A stretch of 64,000 nt of DNA from a bacterium. Its GTDB lineage: Bacteria > SAR324 > XYD2-FULL-50-16. Location of the stretch: contig JAVVEA010000010.1 of the NCBI GenBank assembly GCA_032250835.1, positions 59,274 to 123,273 on the forward strand, written 5' to 3'. Positions 19,248-28,084 of this stretch are shown piece by piece (the stretch's first letter is position 1; the number at the start of each line of letters is the position of its first letter). Below the pieces are notes generated by a model. That model saw only the letters and a list, made by a program, of their open reading frames with translations. It was not told the DNA's origin and made no database searches. The translations under genes were made by a program, and so were the position numbers.

Positions 19248-20615
19248 ATGTCCCGCTTCGAAGACACCATCGTAGGTCCGGCTACCGCGCCGGGTGAAGC
19301 CGGGGTAGGTATTTTGCGCCTCTCGGGGCCGCGTGCTCTGGCGGTGGCGACGGCCATCTTCCGCCCCAAAGGCCAATTTCCCCCGCAAAGTTGGCGGTTT
19401 TATTTCGGTTGGGTCTTCGACCAAGACCGCGAGATAGACGAAGCCCTAATGGTTTATATGCAGGGCCCTAAAAGCTACACAGCCGAAGATGTGGTGGAAA
19501 TCCACTGCCACGGCGGCGGGGTGATCTTAAAAAAAATCATCCAATTGACCCTCAATCAGGGAGCCCGGTTGGCGAGCCCCGGCGAGTTCACCCAACGGGC
19601 CTTTGTGAACGGGCGGATCGACCTGACCCAGGCCGAAGCGGTGGGCGACATGGTGCGCGCAAAAACCGAGCGGGCCCTAAACATGGTGGTCAATCAGCTC
19701 AAAGGCGCGCTTTACCGCCGCATCAACGAACTCAAAGAAGAGGTCGCCTGGGTGTTGGCTTTAGTCAACGCCGGCATTGATTTTCCCGAAGAAGACGTGG
19801 TCTTTAGCCACCAAGAAGAGATCACCGCTAAGTTACAGCGCGTTGAATCGGCTTTGGCCACCTTGGTGGCCAGCGCCGAAGGGGCTATGGCTTTAAAAGA
19901 AGGATTCCGGTTGGTCTTGGTCGGTAGGCCTAATGTGGGCAAGTCCAGCTTGATGAACGCCCTGTTGCAGGAAGCCCGCGCCATCGTGACCGACATCCCC
20001 GGCACCACCCGCGACAGCATCGCCGAGTCTTTGCAGATTGAAGGGGTGCCGATCCGCTTGGTGGATACCGCCGGATTGCGCGAAACCCAAGACCGGATTG
20101 AGATTGAGGGGATCGAACGCAGCTGGGCCGAGATGGAAGCGGCCGATTTGGTCCTTTGGGTGGTCGATGCCTCGGACCCCGACTTTACCCTGAGCCTGCC
20201 CGAAGCCGAACTGAGCCGGGAGATCCCTAAGCTGTTGGTGTTTAATAAAATGGACCGGGCCGCTACAGCCCCGGCGGTGCCCGCCGAGTGGGCGGCGCTA
20301 GAACGAATCGAGATGTCGGCCAAAGAAGCCGAAGATGTCGAGCGTCTGCGTGAGCGCATTTATTGTTACATCACCGGGCGCTATGGTGAATTGGCCGAAG
20401 ACGCCTTATTGACCAACCTGCGCCAACAAGAAGCGGCCGCCAAGGCCGAAGCCGCCGTGGGGCATGCTTTAGAAAATGTTAGCAGCGGGACCGGCGAAGA
20501 GGTCTTAAGCCTGGATTTGGCCGAGGCCTTAGACGCCTTAGGCGAGATTGTGGGCGAAACCACGCCCGACGACATGATGAACCGAATCTTTGAAAACTTC
20601 TGCATCGGGAAGTAG
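19248..20615 (+). CDS. mnmE: tRNA modification GTPase
   Basis: EDVVEIHCHGG, PGEFTQRAFVNGRIDLTQAEAV, GRPNVGKSS, PGTTRD, DTAG and a C-terminal FCIGK. Confidence 0.97.
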   Translation: MSRFEDTIVGPATAPGEAGVGILRLSGPRALAVATAIFRPKGQFPPQSWRFYFGWVFDQDREIDEALMVYMQGPKSYTAEDVVEIHCHGGGVILKKIIQLTLNQGARLASPGEFTQRAFVNGRIDLTQAEAVGDMVRAKTERALNMVVNQLKGALYRRINELKEEVAWVLALVNAGIDFPEEDVVFSHQEEITAKLQRVESALATLVASAEGAMALKEGFRLVLVGRPNVGKSSLMNALLQEARAIVTDIPGTTRDSIAESLQIEGVPIRLVDTAGLRETQDRIEIEGIERSWAEMEAADLVLWVVDASDPDFTLSLPEAELSREIPKLLVFNKMDRAATAPAVPAEWAALERIEMSAKEAEDVERLRERIYCYITGRYGELAEDALLTNLRQQEAAAKAEAAVGHALENVSSGTGEEVLSLDLAEALDALGEIVGETTPDDMMNRIFENFCIGK

Positions 20616-20617
20616 CC

Positions 20618-21070
20618 ATGAAAGATCGAATCTTAAAAGACCTAAGCCAAAAAAAGCTGGACCTGCTGCGCCAGATGGCGCGCCAGACCCGGTACCTGAT
20701 TTTAGGCAGCGGGGAAAACCCCCTGAGCGCCAAGGCCCAATTGCTTGAATGGTTGGAGATCAACGACCGGGCTTTGGAAGCCCGCGAGCGCGAGGTGGGT
20801 TTTCTTGCCAAAGAACAAGAAAAAGAGTTATATATAGAAATCAAAGATCAACTCTTGGCGTTACATGAGATGACCCAGGAGGCTCAAGCGCGCGCCGCTG
20901 CTGATCAGATGGCGCTAGAGCAAGAAAAGATAGATCTGGAGGCGAGTACCCGCGTCTCGGGATATGTGCGCGGCCAAAGCGCCTATACGGACAACCGACG
21001 CATCAAAGGACAGACCAAGCGGCGCGGCTGGCAGCCTAGCTACCGCTACGCCGAGGCGCAACGCCCCTAA
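20618..21070 (+). CDS. Helical protein, possibly a FlgN/FliT-like flagellar chaperone
   Basis: All-helical 150 aa with a chaperone-like pattern, adjacent to the FlaG-like gene. The family call is tentative. Confidence 0.5.
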   Translation: MKDRILKDLSQKKLDLLRQMARQTRYLILGSGENPLSAKAQLLEWLEINDRALEAREREVGFLAKEQEKELYIEIKDQLLALHEMTQEAQARAAADQMALEQEKIDLEASTRVSGYVRGQSAYTDNRRIKGQTKRRGWQPSYRYAEAQRP

Positions 21071-21079
21071 AGGAGGCCC

Positions 21080-21466
21080 ATGAAAAGCCGGGAACTTTCC
21101 AGACAACTGATTTCCCCTTTCCCCGAACGCCACGGCGGCCCAAAGGAAAAGAAAAGCTTTGAGGAAAAGCGCATCGAAGACGAGCGCGACACCCGCGAGG
21201 CCGTCGCCCGCATGATCCGCGAACAGATCAAAAAAGAAGAAAACATTTCCATGGCCGTGCGCGAAGTGATCGCAGAGATCGAAGAGCGCAACCTGATGTG
21301 GCGCAACCTACGCTTTGACCGTCTCAAGAAAGACGGCAACGATTATGTAGAGATTGTGGACCGTTTGACCGGAGATGTCTTGAAGGTGCTGCCCCAGCCG
21401 GACTACAACCAGCTAGCCAACCACTTCAAGAAACACCCCGGCTTGACCCTAGACATCAACGCCTGA
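21080..21466 (+). CDS. FlaG-like protein
   Basis: C-terminal LRFDRLKKDGNDYVEIVDRLTGDVLKVLP...GLTLD resembles FlaG (LRF...V.VVD..TGEVIRQIP...G...D). Strong RBS AAGGAGG. Confidence 0.65.
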   Translation: MKSRELSRQLISPFPERHGGPKEKKSFEEKRIEDERDTREAVARMIREQIKKEENISMAVREVIAEIEERNLMWRNLRFDRLKKDGNDYVEIVDRLTGDVLKVLPQPDYNQLANHFKKHPGLTLDINA

Positions 21467-21765
21467 TGAGTGACTACCGCACCGAAAAGGCGCTGCGGCG
21501 CTTGGTTCTGGTCGAGCAGAACCCCGAACCCCTCAAAGTGACCATCAGCCCCTTAGCCAAGCAAAAGGCCAACGGGAAAGAGGCGATCAGCGTTATCCGC
21601 GAATCACCCGAAGAGGAAAAAGCCCGCCTGGGCGAAGAACGAACCCGCCTCCGCGCCGAGCGCCTAGAGCAAGACGCCAACCGCCTGCTCTACAAAAAAG
21701 GCATCACCAGCCGCCCCCTATCCAAACCCAACCAAAAGGTGATGAAGCTGGTGGATGAGGACTAG
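21466..21765 (+). CDS. Hypothetical protein
   Basis: 99-aa ORF with a TGATG overlap on the upstream gene and host-like codon usage. Confidence 0.65.
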   Translation: MSDYRTEKALRRLVLVEQNPEPLKVTISPLAKQKANGKEAISVIRESPEEEKARLGEERTRLRAERLEQDANRLLYKKGITSRPLSKPNQKVMKLVDED

Positions 21766-21766
21766 G

Positions 21767-22336
21767 TCACACGTTTTCTTCACACCAAGCTAGATAGCGG
21801 CTCCTCTGAACTGTTTGGGCTGTTCTGGGTGCCGTTTCCCAGCCCCAACAAGCAATTTCATAATGAGGCCCCGCGTCAATAAAGCTGGCATCCAGTGAGC
21901 TGAGCAGCTCCTGATAATCTTCGTTGATGCTTTCTTTCCTATAGATCACCACCGCAAAGACAGCCCGGAGATCCCATTGGGCCTGCTTGATGTGGGTGAA
22001 GCCCCATAGATCGACAGAAGCTTGATTAACGGCTTTAACCTGATCGGCATTTTGTTTGAGTTCAATACCAACCCATGACTTTTTAGTGGAATTGTCTAGA
22101 CGAAAGGCAAGATCAATGGAGTTGATTTTGCGGATAGTTTTTTTCTGGTGCCGGTCATACCGTTTCTCTAAGATTACTTTGCCTGAGTGGCTTAAAAAAC
22201 TGGCCAATTCGACTTGAAACCATATTTCCCACTGGGTAATGCCGCCATCATAGATTGATTTTAGACGTTTTTTAACTGCTTTATCGCTAGCAAACTTTTT
22301 AAGAAGTTTGGTCAGTTGATTTTGTTGGGTTCCCAT
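21767..22336 (-). CDS. Hypothetical protein with a PD-(D/E)XK nuclease-like motif
   Basis: WEIWFQVELA (helix Glu), SIDLAF and WVGIELKQ. AT-rich coding sequence. Confidence 0.6.
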   Translation of the reverse strand: MGTQQNQLTKLLKKFASDKAVKKRLKSIYDGGITQWEIWFQVELASFLSHSGKVILEKRYDRHQKKTIRKINSIDLAFRLDNSTKKSWVGIELKQNADQVKAVNQASVDLWGFTHIKQAQWDLRAVFAVVIYRKESINEDYQELLSSLDASFIDAGPHYEIACWGWETAPRTAQTVQRSRYLAWCEENV

Positions 22337-22519
22337 GCTCGCTCTTGGTTCGGGTGAAGTTCCCCCATACCAGCAAAGAAATCAGGCTTTACCCAGGACA
22401 AAAATAGGACATTCGGGGGCAAGGTAACGGGAGGCAACACACAGTTCACTCTTAGCGACCCGCTAGGGGGTTGGTGGTGGCTTCATCGCCCAAGAAAATG
22501 ATTTGAAAAATAGCTAGTA

Positions 22520-22634
22520 AGCCACCGCCGCCGCCATCGGAACAGTCGTGCACCGAAGCCACTAAACCTTGGCTTAAGGTTTGGTGCAGGCTGCGATAGC
22601 GGGCCATGGTGCTGGCGGCGTCCACTTTGGGCAC
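22520..22634 (-). repeat. Diverged ~115-bp copy of an internal purL segment (25325-25441)
   Basis: Hand alignment gives 13 substitutions and one 2-nt deletion. It encodes VPKVDAASTMARYRSLHQTLSQGLVASVHDCSDGG versus purL VPKVDAASAMARYRSLHQALTQGLVASVHDCSDGG. Confidence 0.92.
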
Positions 22635-22723
22635 TATGCCGTAAATCAGGGGACAGTAAACTAATTTTCTCGGGATATCGGTGAAACCGGGGGATAAATT
22701 GGGTCTGAAATCTGGATTGCCGT

Positions 22724-22809
22724 TGATCTAAGAGGAGTGCTCTATCCGGTCGGTCGACGAGGACTCCAAGACCGTCCATGTTCTTCGCATGTGGACCCAC
22801 TATGAGTAG
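22724..22809 (+). pseudogene. Remnant of a Txe/YoeB-family toxin gene (3' end)
   Basis: 22753-22809 reads VDEDSKTVHVLRMWTHYE*, the typical YoeB-family C-terminus. DLRG lies just upstream in another frame, and there is no intact 5' part. Confidence 0.65.
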
Positions 22810-23128
22810 CCGCATCCCCGTTTCAGGTCATAAACGGATTAGTCCAAACCTACTTGCTAAGATCAAGGGGCAGTAGTTTGTTTCAAGTCGGGCGTACAAA
22901 GAAGTTGGGGATTGTAAATTTCGTCAAGGTGTTGGCTAGCTTCCATGAAGGTTTTGACAGCCGAGGACCCGAACGGGAGCCCATATTTTGAGCAAGAACT
23001 ATTCGGTGCCAGCCAGCGTGCTTTTGGGCGCGAAGCTCTTGGCCGAAAAGGGCAACTGGGCTGGGTGGCATAAGTTTTGACCTTTCTGTTATTGAGGGGT
23101 AGAATTTAGGGCGAGTAAACCCAGTTAT

Positions 23129-23368
23129 ATGAGAACCTCCATGAACCAGACCGTGAATATCCCGCTGACCTTTGCCGACGATACGTCAGAGGAAGAGAAA
23201 GAGGCGATAATCGGGGAGGTAAAGCGTTTTGTGGCCCGGATACGGTTGTCCCAGGGATTGCGCAAAACCCCTGATTCAGCGATTTCATTTGAAAAACAAA
23301 TGGAAATCATCAACGTCGAAAAAAAGGCGGCTAGACTTGAATCGACGGGCCATGCGCCTGGTCGTTGA
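23129..23368 (+). CDS. Small protein, probable antitoxin partner of the PIN toxin
   Basis: 79-aa ORF (alternative start 23141) overlapping the PIN gene start by 17 nt. Confidence 0.55.
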   Translation: MRTSMNQTVNIPLTFADDTSEEEKEAIIGEVKRFVARIRLSQGLRKTPDSAISFEKQMEIINVEKKAARLESTGHAPGR

Positions 23369-23764
23369 TACCAATATTCTGGTCAGTGCGTTGGTGTTTG
23401 GTGCCAGTGCCAAAGCCTGCCTAGACCTCATCGCCCACAACCCCAATATTACCCTACTGGTAAGTGCTCCGGTGGCGCGCGAATACCTCGCCGTACTCCA
23501 GAAAAATTTGTACAGTTTCAGCCATTGGCTGTGTTAAACCAACGTCTAGATGACTACCTCGAAGGTTGTGTCTTAGTAGAGCCCCAGGTCAAGATCAAGA
23601 AATGCCGCGATCCCCATGATGACATGTTTTTGGAGCTGGCGGTCGCAGGGAATGCCCAGGTTATTTTGTCGGGAGATCAAGACCTACTAGCACTCCATTT
23701 TTTCGAGGGAATAGAAATCTTAAGCTTGTTAGCTTTTGAGGCAAAATACCAAAGACTTGGCTGA
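23352..23764 (+). pseudogene. PIN-domain toxin (PIN_3/TIGR00305-type) split by a -1 frameshift
   Basis: MRLVVDTNILVSAL in one frame and CRDPHDDMFLELAVAGNAQVILSGDQDLL in the -1 frame. One extra A in the A5 run at 23502-23506 joins them. Confidence 0.85.
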
Positions 23765-23896
23765 TGTCCAATAGGTTACGGTCAGGAGCTTATCCACTGC
23801 CCTTTGGCCGCTCTAATTTTCCCAGGTAAAAAAAATAGGTATTCCGTCCCCTGACTTCTTGTTCTTAAATTGTTTGGGGTCCCCTTCCACTACAGG

Positions 23897-24337
23897 CTAG
23901 TGGGATTTTTTGTTGATCGTTAGTTGGGGCTTTTCGGCGAATTGGATTTCTAGAGCTTCGGCAATCAATTGGATGTTGTTGAAGCTGGCCGATTGATAGC
24001 CTTCGGCCTCCCAACGCTGAACTTGCTGTTCTGCTTTGTGGATTTTTTGGCCCAGTTGCTTTTGGGTCAAATGAGCCGCAATACGCGCTTTGATCAAAGC
24101 AGCCGGAAGGTCGGCCAGCGAGTTGATCTCGATGACTGCTTCTTGCTCGTTGGCCAGCGCCTCGTATTCTCGGACTTCGGCTTCCATTTGGCTTAACTGA
24201 TCGGCGATATCATCGAACCGAGCCTGCCAAAGTATCGGGTCCACCTGGTCTGGTCTTTCTTCAGGTTGTTCCAACGCTTTTTTGAAGGCGACAATCTGCG
24301 CTTTGGTTGCGCCTAGTTGTTTTTGGTTCTTGATCAT
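23897..24337 (-). CDS. XRE-family HTH protein (putative antitoxin)
   Basis: N-terminal helical hairpin and a C-terminal LIKARIAAHLTQKQLGQKIHKAEQQVQRWE HTH. Confidence 0.85.
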   Translation of the reverse strand: MIKNQKQLGATKAQIVAFKKALEQPEERPDQVDPILWQARFDDIADQLSQMEAEVREYEALANEQEAVIEINSLADLPAALIKARIAAHLTQKQLGQKIHKAEQQVQRWEAEGYQSASFNNIQLIAEALEIQFAEKPQLTINKKSH

Positions 24338-24765
24338 CTTTGCTCCTTTAGGCGGATCACCAGAATTCCTTTGGGGTTCCCGTCTCTATCTAATTGGAAA
24401 AACTCCTCGAAAGGCTTGCCTGAGCCTCCTTCAATTTGATTCGCAAAGATGTCACCCCTATATATTTCTTTACGTTCGCTTCGTTTGGAGCCGAGAAAAA
24501 GCCGGTCATCTATTTTGGCTAAATCCACGCCGTAGATATCCCAGCAAAGGTCATAGTCTCCCGGTGTCTCTTTGCTGGTCACGAAGCTACCGTCAAGCCA
24601 AACTTGGAGGCAATCTCCCTTTTTCAATTCCTCAAGCAACCTAGCGAGCCCTTCTAAAAGCCAAATCCGGCGAGCATTGCCGCCAAATCGATCTTTGACT
24701 TCTTCGAAAGTCGCCAAATGTTTGCCTGGAGGAAGATTACCGGAGGCTTCAAAATTTGGTATCAT
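24334..24765 (-). CDS. Minimal nucleotidyltransferase-like protein (DUF6932-type)
   Basis: N-terminus GNLPPGKH and Pol-beta motif WLDGSFVTSKETPGDYD (GS-x-DxD). ATGA overlap with the HTH gene. Confidence 0.75.
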   Translation of the reverse strand: MIPNFEASGNLPPGKHLATFEEVKDRFGGNARRIWLLEGLARLLEELKKGDCLQVWLDGSFVTSKETPGDYDLCWDIYGVDLAKIDDRLFLGSKRSERKEIYRGDIFANQIEGGSGKPFEEFFQLDRDGNPKGILVIRLKEQR

Positions 24766-25021
24766 GCATTTATGTTAGAAGAATTTTACTGAGCCCATAA
24801 GCTTTTGGTTTATTCTAGCAAGAGATGAGTGAGTTCACAACATATTAGTTGTGTTGAAGCTGCGGCTTAAAATGGGGGTACAGAGGCTCGAAAGGAACTC
24901 AGGGGGACCACAATCAATTTTTTGATAAGCGGGCCTATTTAACGTCAAGCGCTAGGCTACAAAAGCCAGAGGGGTGTGTGGAGGAGGCAGCGGGGAACCA
25001 GGAGGCCCCCGCTGCTAACGC

Positions 25022-28009
25022 CTAGAAACGCTCTAGGTAGCTTTGCCAGCTGTCCTTTAAGGCGTAGATCGAAGCTTGCAAAAGCTTCTCGTTGCCGTTT
25101 TTGAAGGCTAGGTTGGGCTCCTGGGTCACTTCGCCCAAGAACGTACAGGCCTGACCGGCAAAGAGGGCCTCAAAGGCTGCGGTTTGCTCGGGCGCAACGG
25201 AGACCACCAAACGGCTGGCGGACTCGCTAAAGAGCAGCTCGTCGGGGCGTAGGTTTGAGGCCGCCAAGAGCGGACCCAAATCCAAAGCCAGACCCAACCG
25301 CCCGCCAATGGCCTTTTCGGCCAGAGCCACCGCCAAGCCGCCATCAGAACAATCATGCACCGAAGCCACCAGACCTTGGGTCAGGGCTTGGTGCAGGCTG
25401 CGGTAGCGGGCCATGGCGCTGGCGGCGTCTACCTTGGGCACCAAGCCGCCGGTAAGCCCCAGCTGGGCCATATACTCGCTGCCGCCCAACTCGCGCTGGG
25501 TGGTGCCGAGGAGATAAACCCGGTCGCCAGCCTGCTTGAGGTCGTGGGTAGCGCAGTCGCTTAAGCTGTCCACTACGCCCAAGGCGCTAAAGAGCAGCGT
25601 GGGCAAGATGCTGATCTTTTTGCCATCTAAGTTGGCGTCGTTTTTCATGCTGTCTTTACCGGAGATGCAGGGCACCCCGTAGGCAAGGCAGTAATCATAA
25701 ATCGCCTGACAGGCCCGCACCAATTGGGCGGCCTTAAATTCGCCGTCCGGCGTCTTGGCCGATTGGACCGGATCGGGCCAACAGAAGTTGTCCAAACCGG
25801 CAATCCGGTCGGGGTTCGCGCCCACGGCCACCAAGTTACGGATCGACTCGTCGATGGCGTTAGCCGCCATATGGTAGGTGTCGATGGCTGAATATTTGGG
25901 GCAGATGCCATTGGAAAGGGCCACCGCTTGGTCCAAGCCCAATACGGGGCGCAACACGCCGCCGTCGTTGGGGCCGTCGTTGGCGGCACCGCCCATGGGC
26001 TTGATGGCCGAAGCGCCGCCGACCTCGTGGTCGTATTGGCGGACCACCTTTTCTTTCGAGCAGACGTTGGGCCGCGCCAAAACTTGGGCCAGCATTTGGC
26101 CTAGGTCCTCTGGCTCGGCAAAGTCCGGGTGCGACTCGTTGGGCGCTTGCCACTGGGCCTTGATCTTCATGGGCGGAAGGCCGTCGTGCAGGAATTCCAT
26201 GCTCAGGCTGGCCACCAATTGGCCTTCATAGAAACATTCCAAGTAACCCGAATCGGTGAATTCGCCCAGGTCGCTAGACTCCACCAACATTTCGTTGGAA
26301 AGCTCAAGGAAACGGGCCACCTTCTCGGGCGGTACCGCCAAGGTCATGCGCTCTTGGGCCTCAGAGATCAGGATTTCCCAGGGCTGCAGCCCGGCATACT
26401 TGAGCGGAGCCCGGTCCAAATGCAACCGGCAACCGCCTGAGTCCTCAGACATCTCACCAATCGAACTAGAGAGCCCACCGGCCCCGTTGTCGGTGATGCA
26501 GCTGAAGAGGTTTTCGGCTTTGGCGCGCCAGAGGAAATCAAACATCCGCTTCTGGGTGATCGGGTCGCCGATCTGCACGGCCGAAACGGGGCTGGTTTCT
26601 TCTAAGGCCAAGCTAGAGAAGGTGGCCCCGTGGATTCCGTCTTTGCCGATCCGTCCGCCAACCATCAAAATATGGTCGCCAGGGCGGGCTTTTTTCTCTT
26701 CACTGGGGCGGCCTTCGTGCTGGGCGGGCATGACCGAAAGGGTCCCACAGAAAACCAAGGGCTTGCCTACGAAGGTATCGTCGAAGACCAAAGCGCCGTT
26801 AACCGTCGGGATGCCCGACTGGTTGCCGCCATGCTCAACGCCCAGCCTGACACCCTGATAGATGCGGCTGGGGTGCATCAGCTTTTTGGGTAGCGGTTGG
26901 TCATAGTCCAAGGGCCCGAAGCAGAATACATCGGTGTTGGCGATCAACTGCGCGCCCATGCCGGTGCCGAAGCTGTCGCGGTTCACCCCCACAATCCCGG
27001 TCAGCGCACCGCCGTAGGGATCTAAGGCCGAAGGGCTGTTGTGGGTTTCTACCTTAAAAGCCAAGGACCAATCGTCGGTGAACTTGACCACTCCGGCGTT
27101 GTCTTTAAAGACCGACAGGAGCCAATCTTTCTCGCCCAAGCGGCGGCGGATTTCTTTGGTGCTCGCTTGGATGAAGCTCTTGTAGAGCGACTTGATTTCT
27201 TGGGGCTGGCCGCTCTCGTCGCGGTAGTCGATCCAAGCATTAAAGATCTTGTGTTTGCAGTGCTCCGACCAAGTCTGGGCGATGCATTCTAATTCCACGT
27301 CCGTCGGGGTCGCGCCGATGCCGCGCTGTTCGCGTTCCGCCTGGACTTTGGGGTCTTGGTAATAGCGGGCGATCACCTCGGCTTCTTCAGCCGAAAGGGC
27401 CAGCAAGCGTTCCTCAGAAAGCTTAAGCACCGCTTCGCTGCTAGAACAATCCAGGCGTTCGGTGCTGACCTGGGCCATCACTTCGGCTTCGGGGAAGTAA
27501 GTCAGCTCGCCTTTGCGGGCCTCCCATTGGGCTTTGGAGATGACAATTTTCTTCTCGATCAGGCCGTTGAGCAATAGCTGATCTGCGGCAGCGTTCACTT
27601 GTTCTGCCGTAAAGTCGCCTTGCAGCAAGAAGGCCTTGGCGCTGGCCACGTCTTCACCGGGGCCAAAGGGCGGCAAGAGGAGGTTGAGGTTCTCTTTGGC
27701 CACATGCGCGGCGTTGTCGGTCACGCCGGGCTTGAAGCTGATCTCTACCCACCAGTCGAAGGGGGCGTGATCGCCCCAGAGCCCGTCGGGCGTTAGCTGA
27801 TGGACCACCGGGTCCAAAAAGAGCTTTTGGTTTAAGTCGTTGAGATGATCTCGGTCCTTGATCTGACCGTTTTTGATCAAATAGACCTCAAGGTGACGCA
27901 GGCTCTTGATTTGCCCGAAACCGTGGGCGGCAAATTCTTTGGCCAGTTTGTTGCCGATGGGGTCTTCCATCTGGGGCTTAAGCCCCACCTCTAGGCGGTA
28001 GAGGGTCAT
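25022..28009 (-). CDS. purL: FGAM synthase, PurS-PurL fusion (no glutaminase domain)
   Basis: N-terminal PurS-like segments (KPGVTD), QTWSEHCKHKIF, KVETHNSPS, DGIHGATFSS, SEAQERM, ISGKDS and HDCSDGG. Confidence 0.95.
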   Translation of the reverse strand: MTLYRLEVGLKPQMEDPIGNKLAKEFAAHGFGQIKSLRHLEVYLIKNGQIKDRDHLNDLNQKLFLDPVVHQLTPDGLWGDHAPFDWWVEISFKPGVTDNAAHVAKENLNLLLPPFGPGEDVASAKAFLLQGDFTAEQVNAAADQLLLNGLIEKKIVISKAQWEARKGELTYFPEAEVMAQVSTERLDCSSSEAVLKLSEERLLALSAEEAEVIARYYQDPKVQAEREQRGIGATPTDVELECIAQTWSEHCKHKIFNAWIDYRDESGQPQEIKSLYKSFIQASTKEIRRRLGEKDWLLSVFKDNAGVVKFTDDWSLAFKVETHNSPSALDPYGGALTGIVGVNRDSFGTGMGAQLIANTDVFCFGPLDYDQPLPKKLMHPSRIYQGVRLGVEHGGNQSGIPTVNGALVFDDTFVGKPLVFCGTLSVMPAQHEGRPSEEKKARPGDHILMVGGRIGKDGIHGATFSSLALEETSPVSAVQIGDPITQKRMFDFLWRAKAENLFSCITDNGAGGLSSSIGEMSEDSGGCRLHLDRAPLKYAGLQPWEILISEAQERMTLAVPPEKVARFLELSNEMLVESSDLGEFTDSGYLECFYEGQLVASLSMEFLHDGLPPMKIKAQWQAPNESHPDFAEPEDLGQMLAQVLARPNVCSKEKVVRQYDHEVGGASAIKPMGGAANDGPNDGGVLRPVLGLDQAVALSNGICPKYSAIDTYHMAANAIDESIRNLVAVGANPDRIAGLDNFCWPDPVQSAKTPDGEFKAAQLVRACQAIYDYCLAYGVPCISGKDSMKNDANLDGKKISILPTLLFSALGVVDSLSDCATHDLKQAGDRVYLLGTTQRELGGSEYMAQLGLTGGLVPKVDAASAMARYRSLHQALTQGLVASVHDCSDGGLAVALAEKAIGGRLGLALDLGPLLAASNLRPDELLFSESASRLVVSVAPEQTAAFEALFAGQACTFLGEVTQEPNLAFKNGNEKLLQASIYALKDSWQSYLERF

Positions 28010-28034
28010 GGTCGCAATTGGGGAGGGGAGGGAC

Positions 28035-28062
28035 AAAATGGGGGGAGCGTAAGCTCCCCCCA
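28035..28062 (-). terminator. Rho-independent terminator after acnB
   Basis: TGGGGGGAGC-GTAA-GCTCCCCCCA 10-bp stem followed by TTTT on the minus strand. Confidence 0.7.
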
Positions 28063-28084
28063 GCGCTTAGGGGAAAGCTTACGC

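Larger units (their letters stand above)
21767..24900. mobile_element. Small accessory islet (TA modules, nuclease-like gene, gene remnants) downstream of purL; boundaries approximate
   Basis: Visibly AT-richer than the flanks and contains only TA/defence-type genes, pseudogene fragments and a purL duplicate. No integrase or transposase seen. Confidence 0.55.

Noticed and set aside
22883..23071. 62-aa ORF in the islet
   Set aside because: No recognisable family or RBS. Probably part of a decayed gene.
24753..24780. dif/pdif-like Xer site (TTATGTTAGAA half-site)
   Set aside because: The XerC-like half fits only with a 5-bp spacer, it overlaps the start codon of the NTase gene, and I found no partner site.
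22520..25441. DGR template/variable repeat pair
   Set aside because: The differences are not adenine-specific, are mostly synonymous, and there is no reverse transcriptase in the window.
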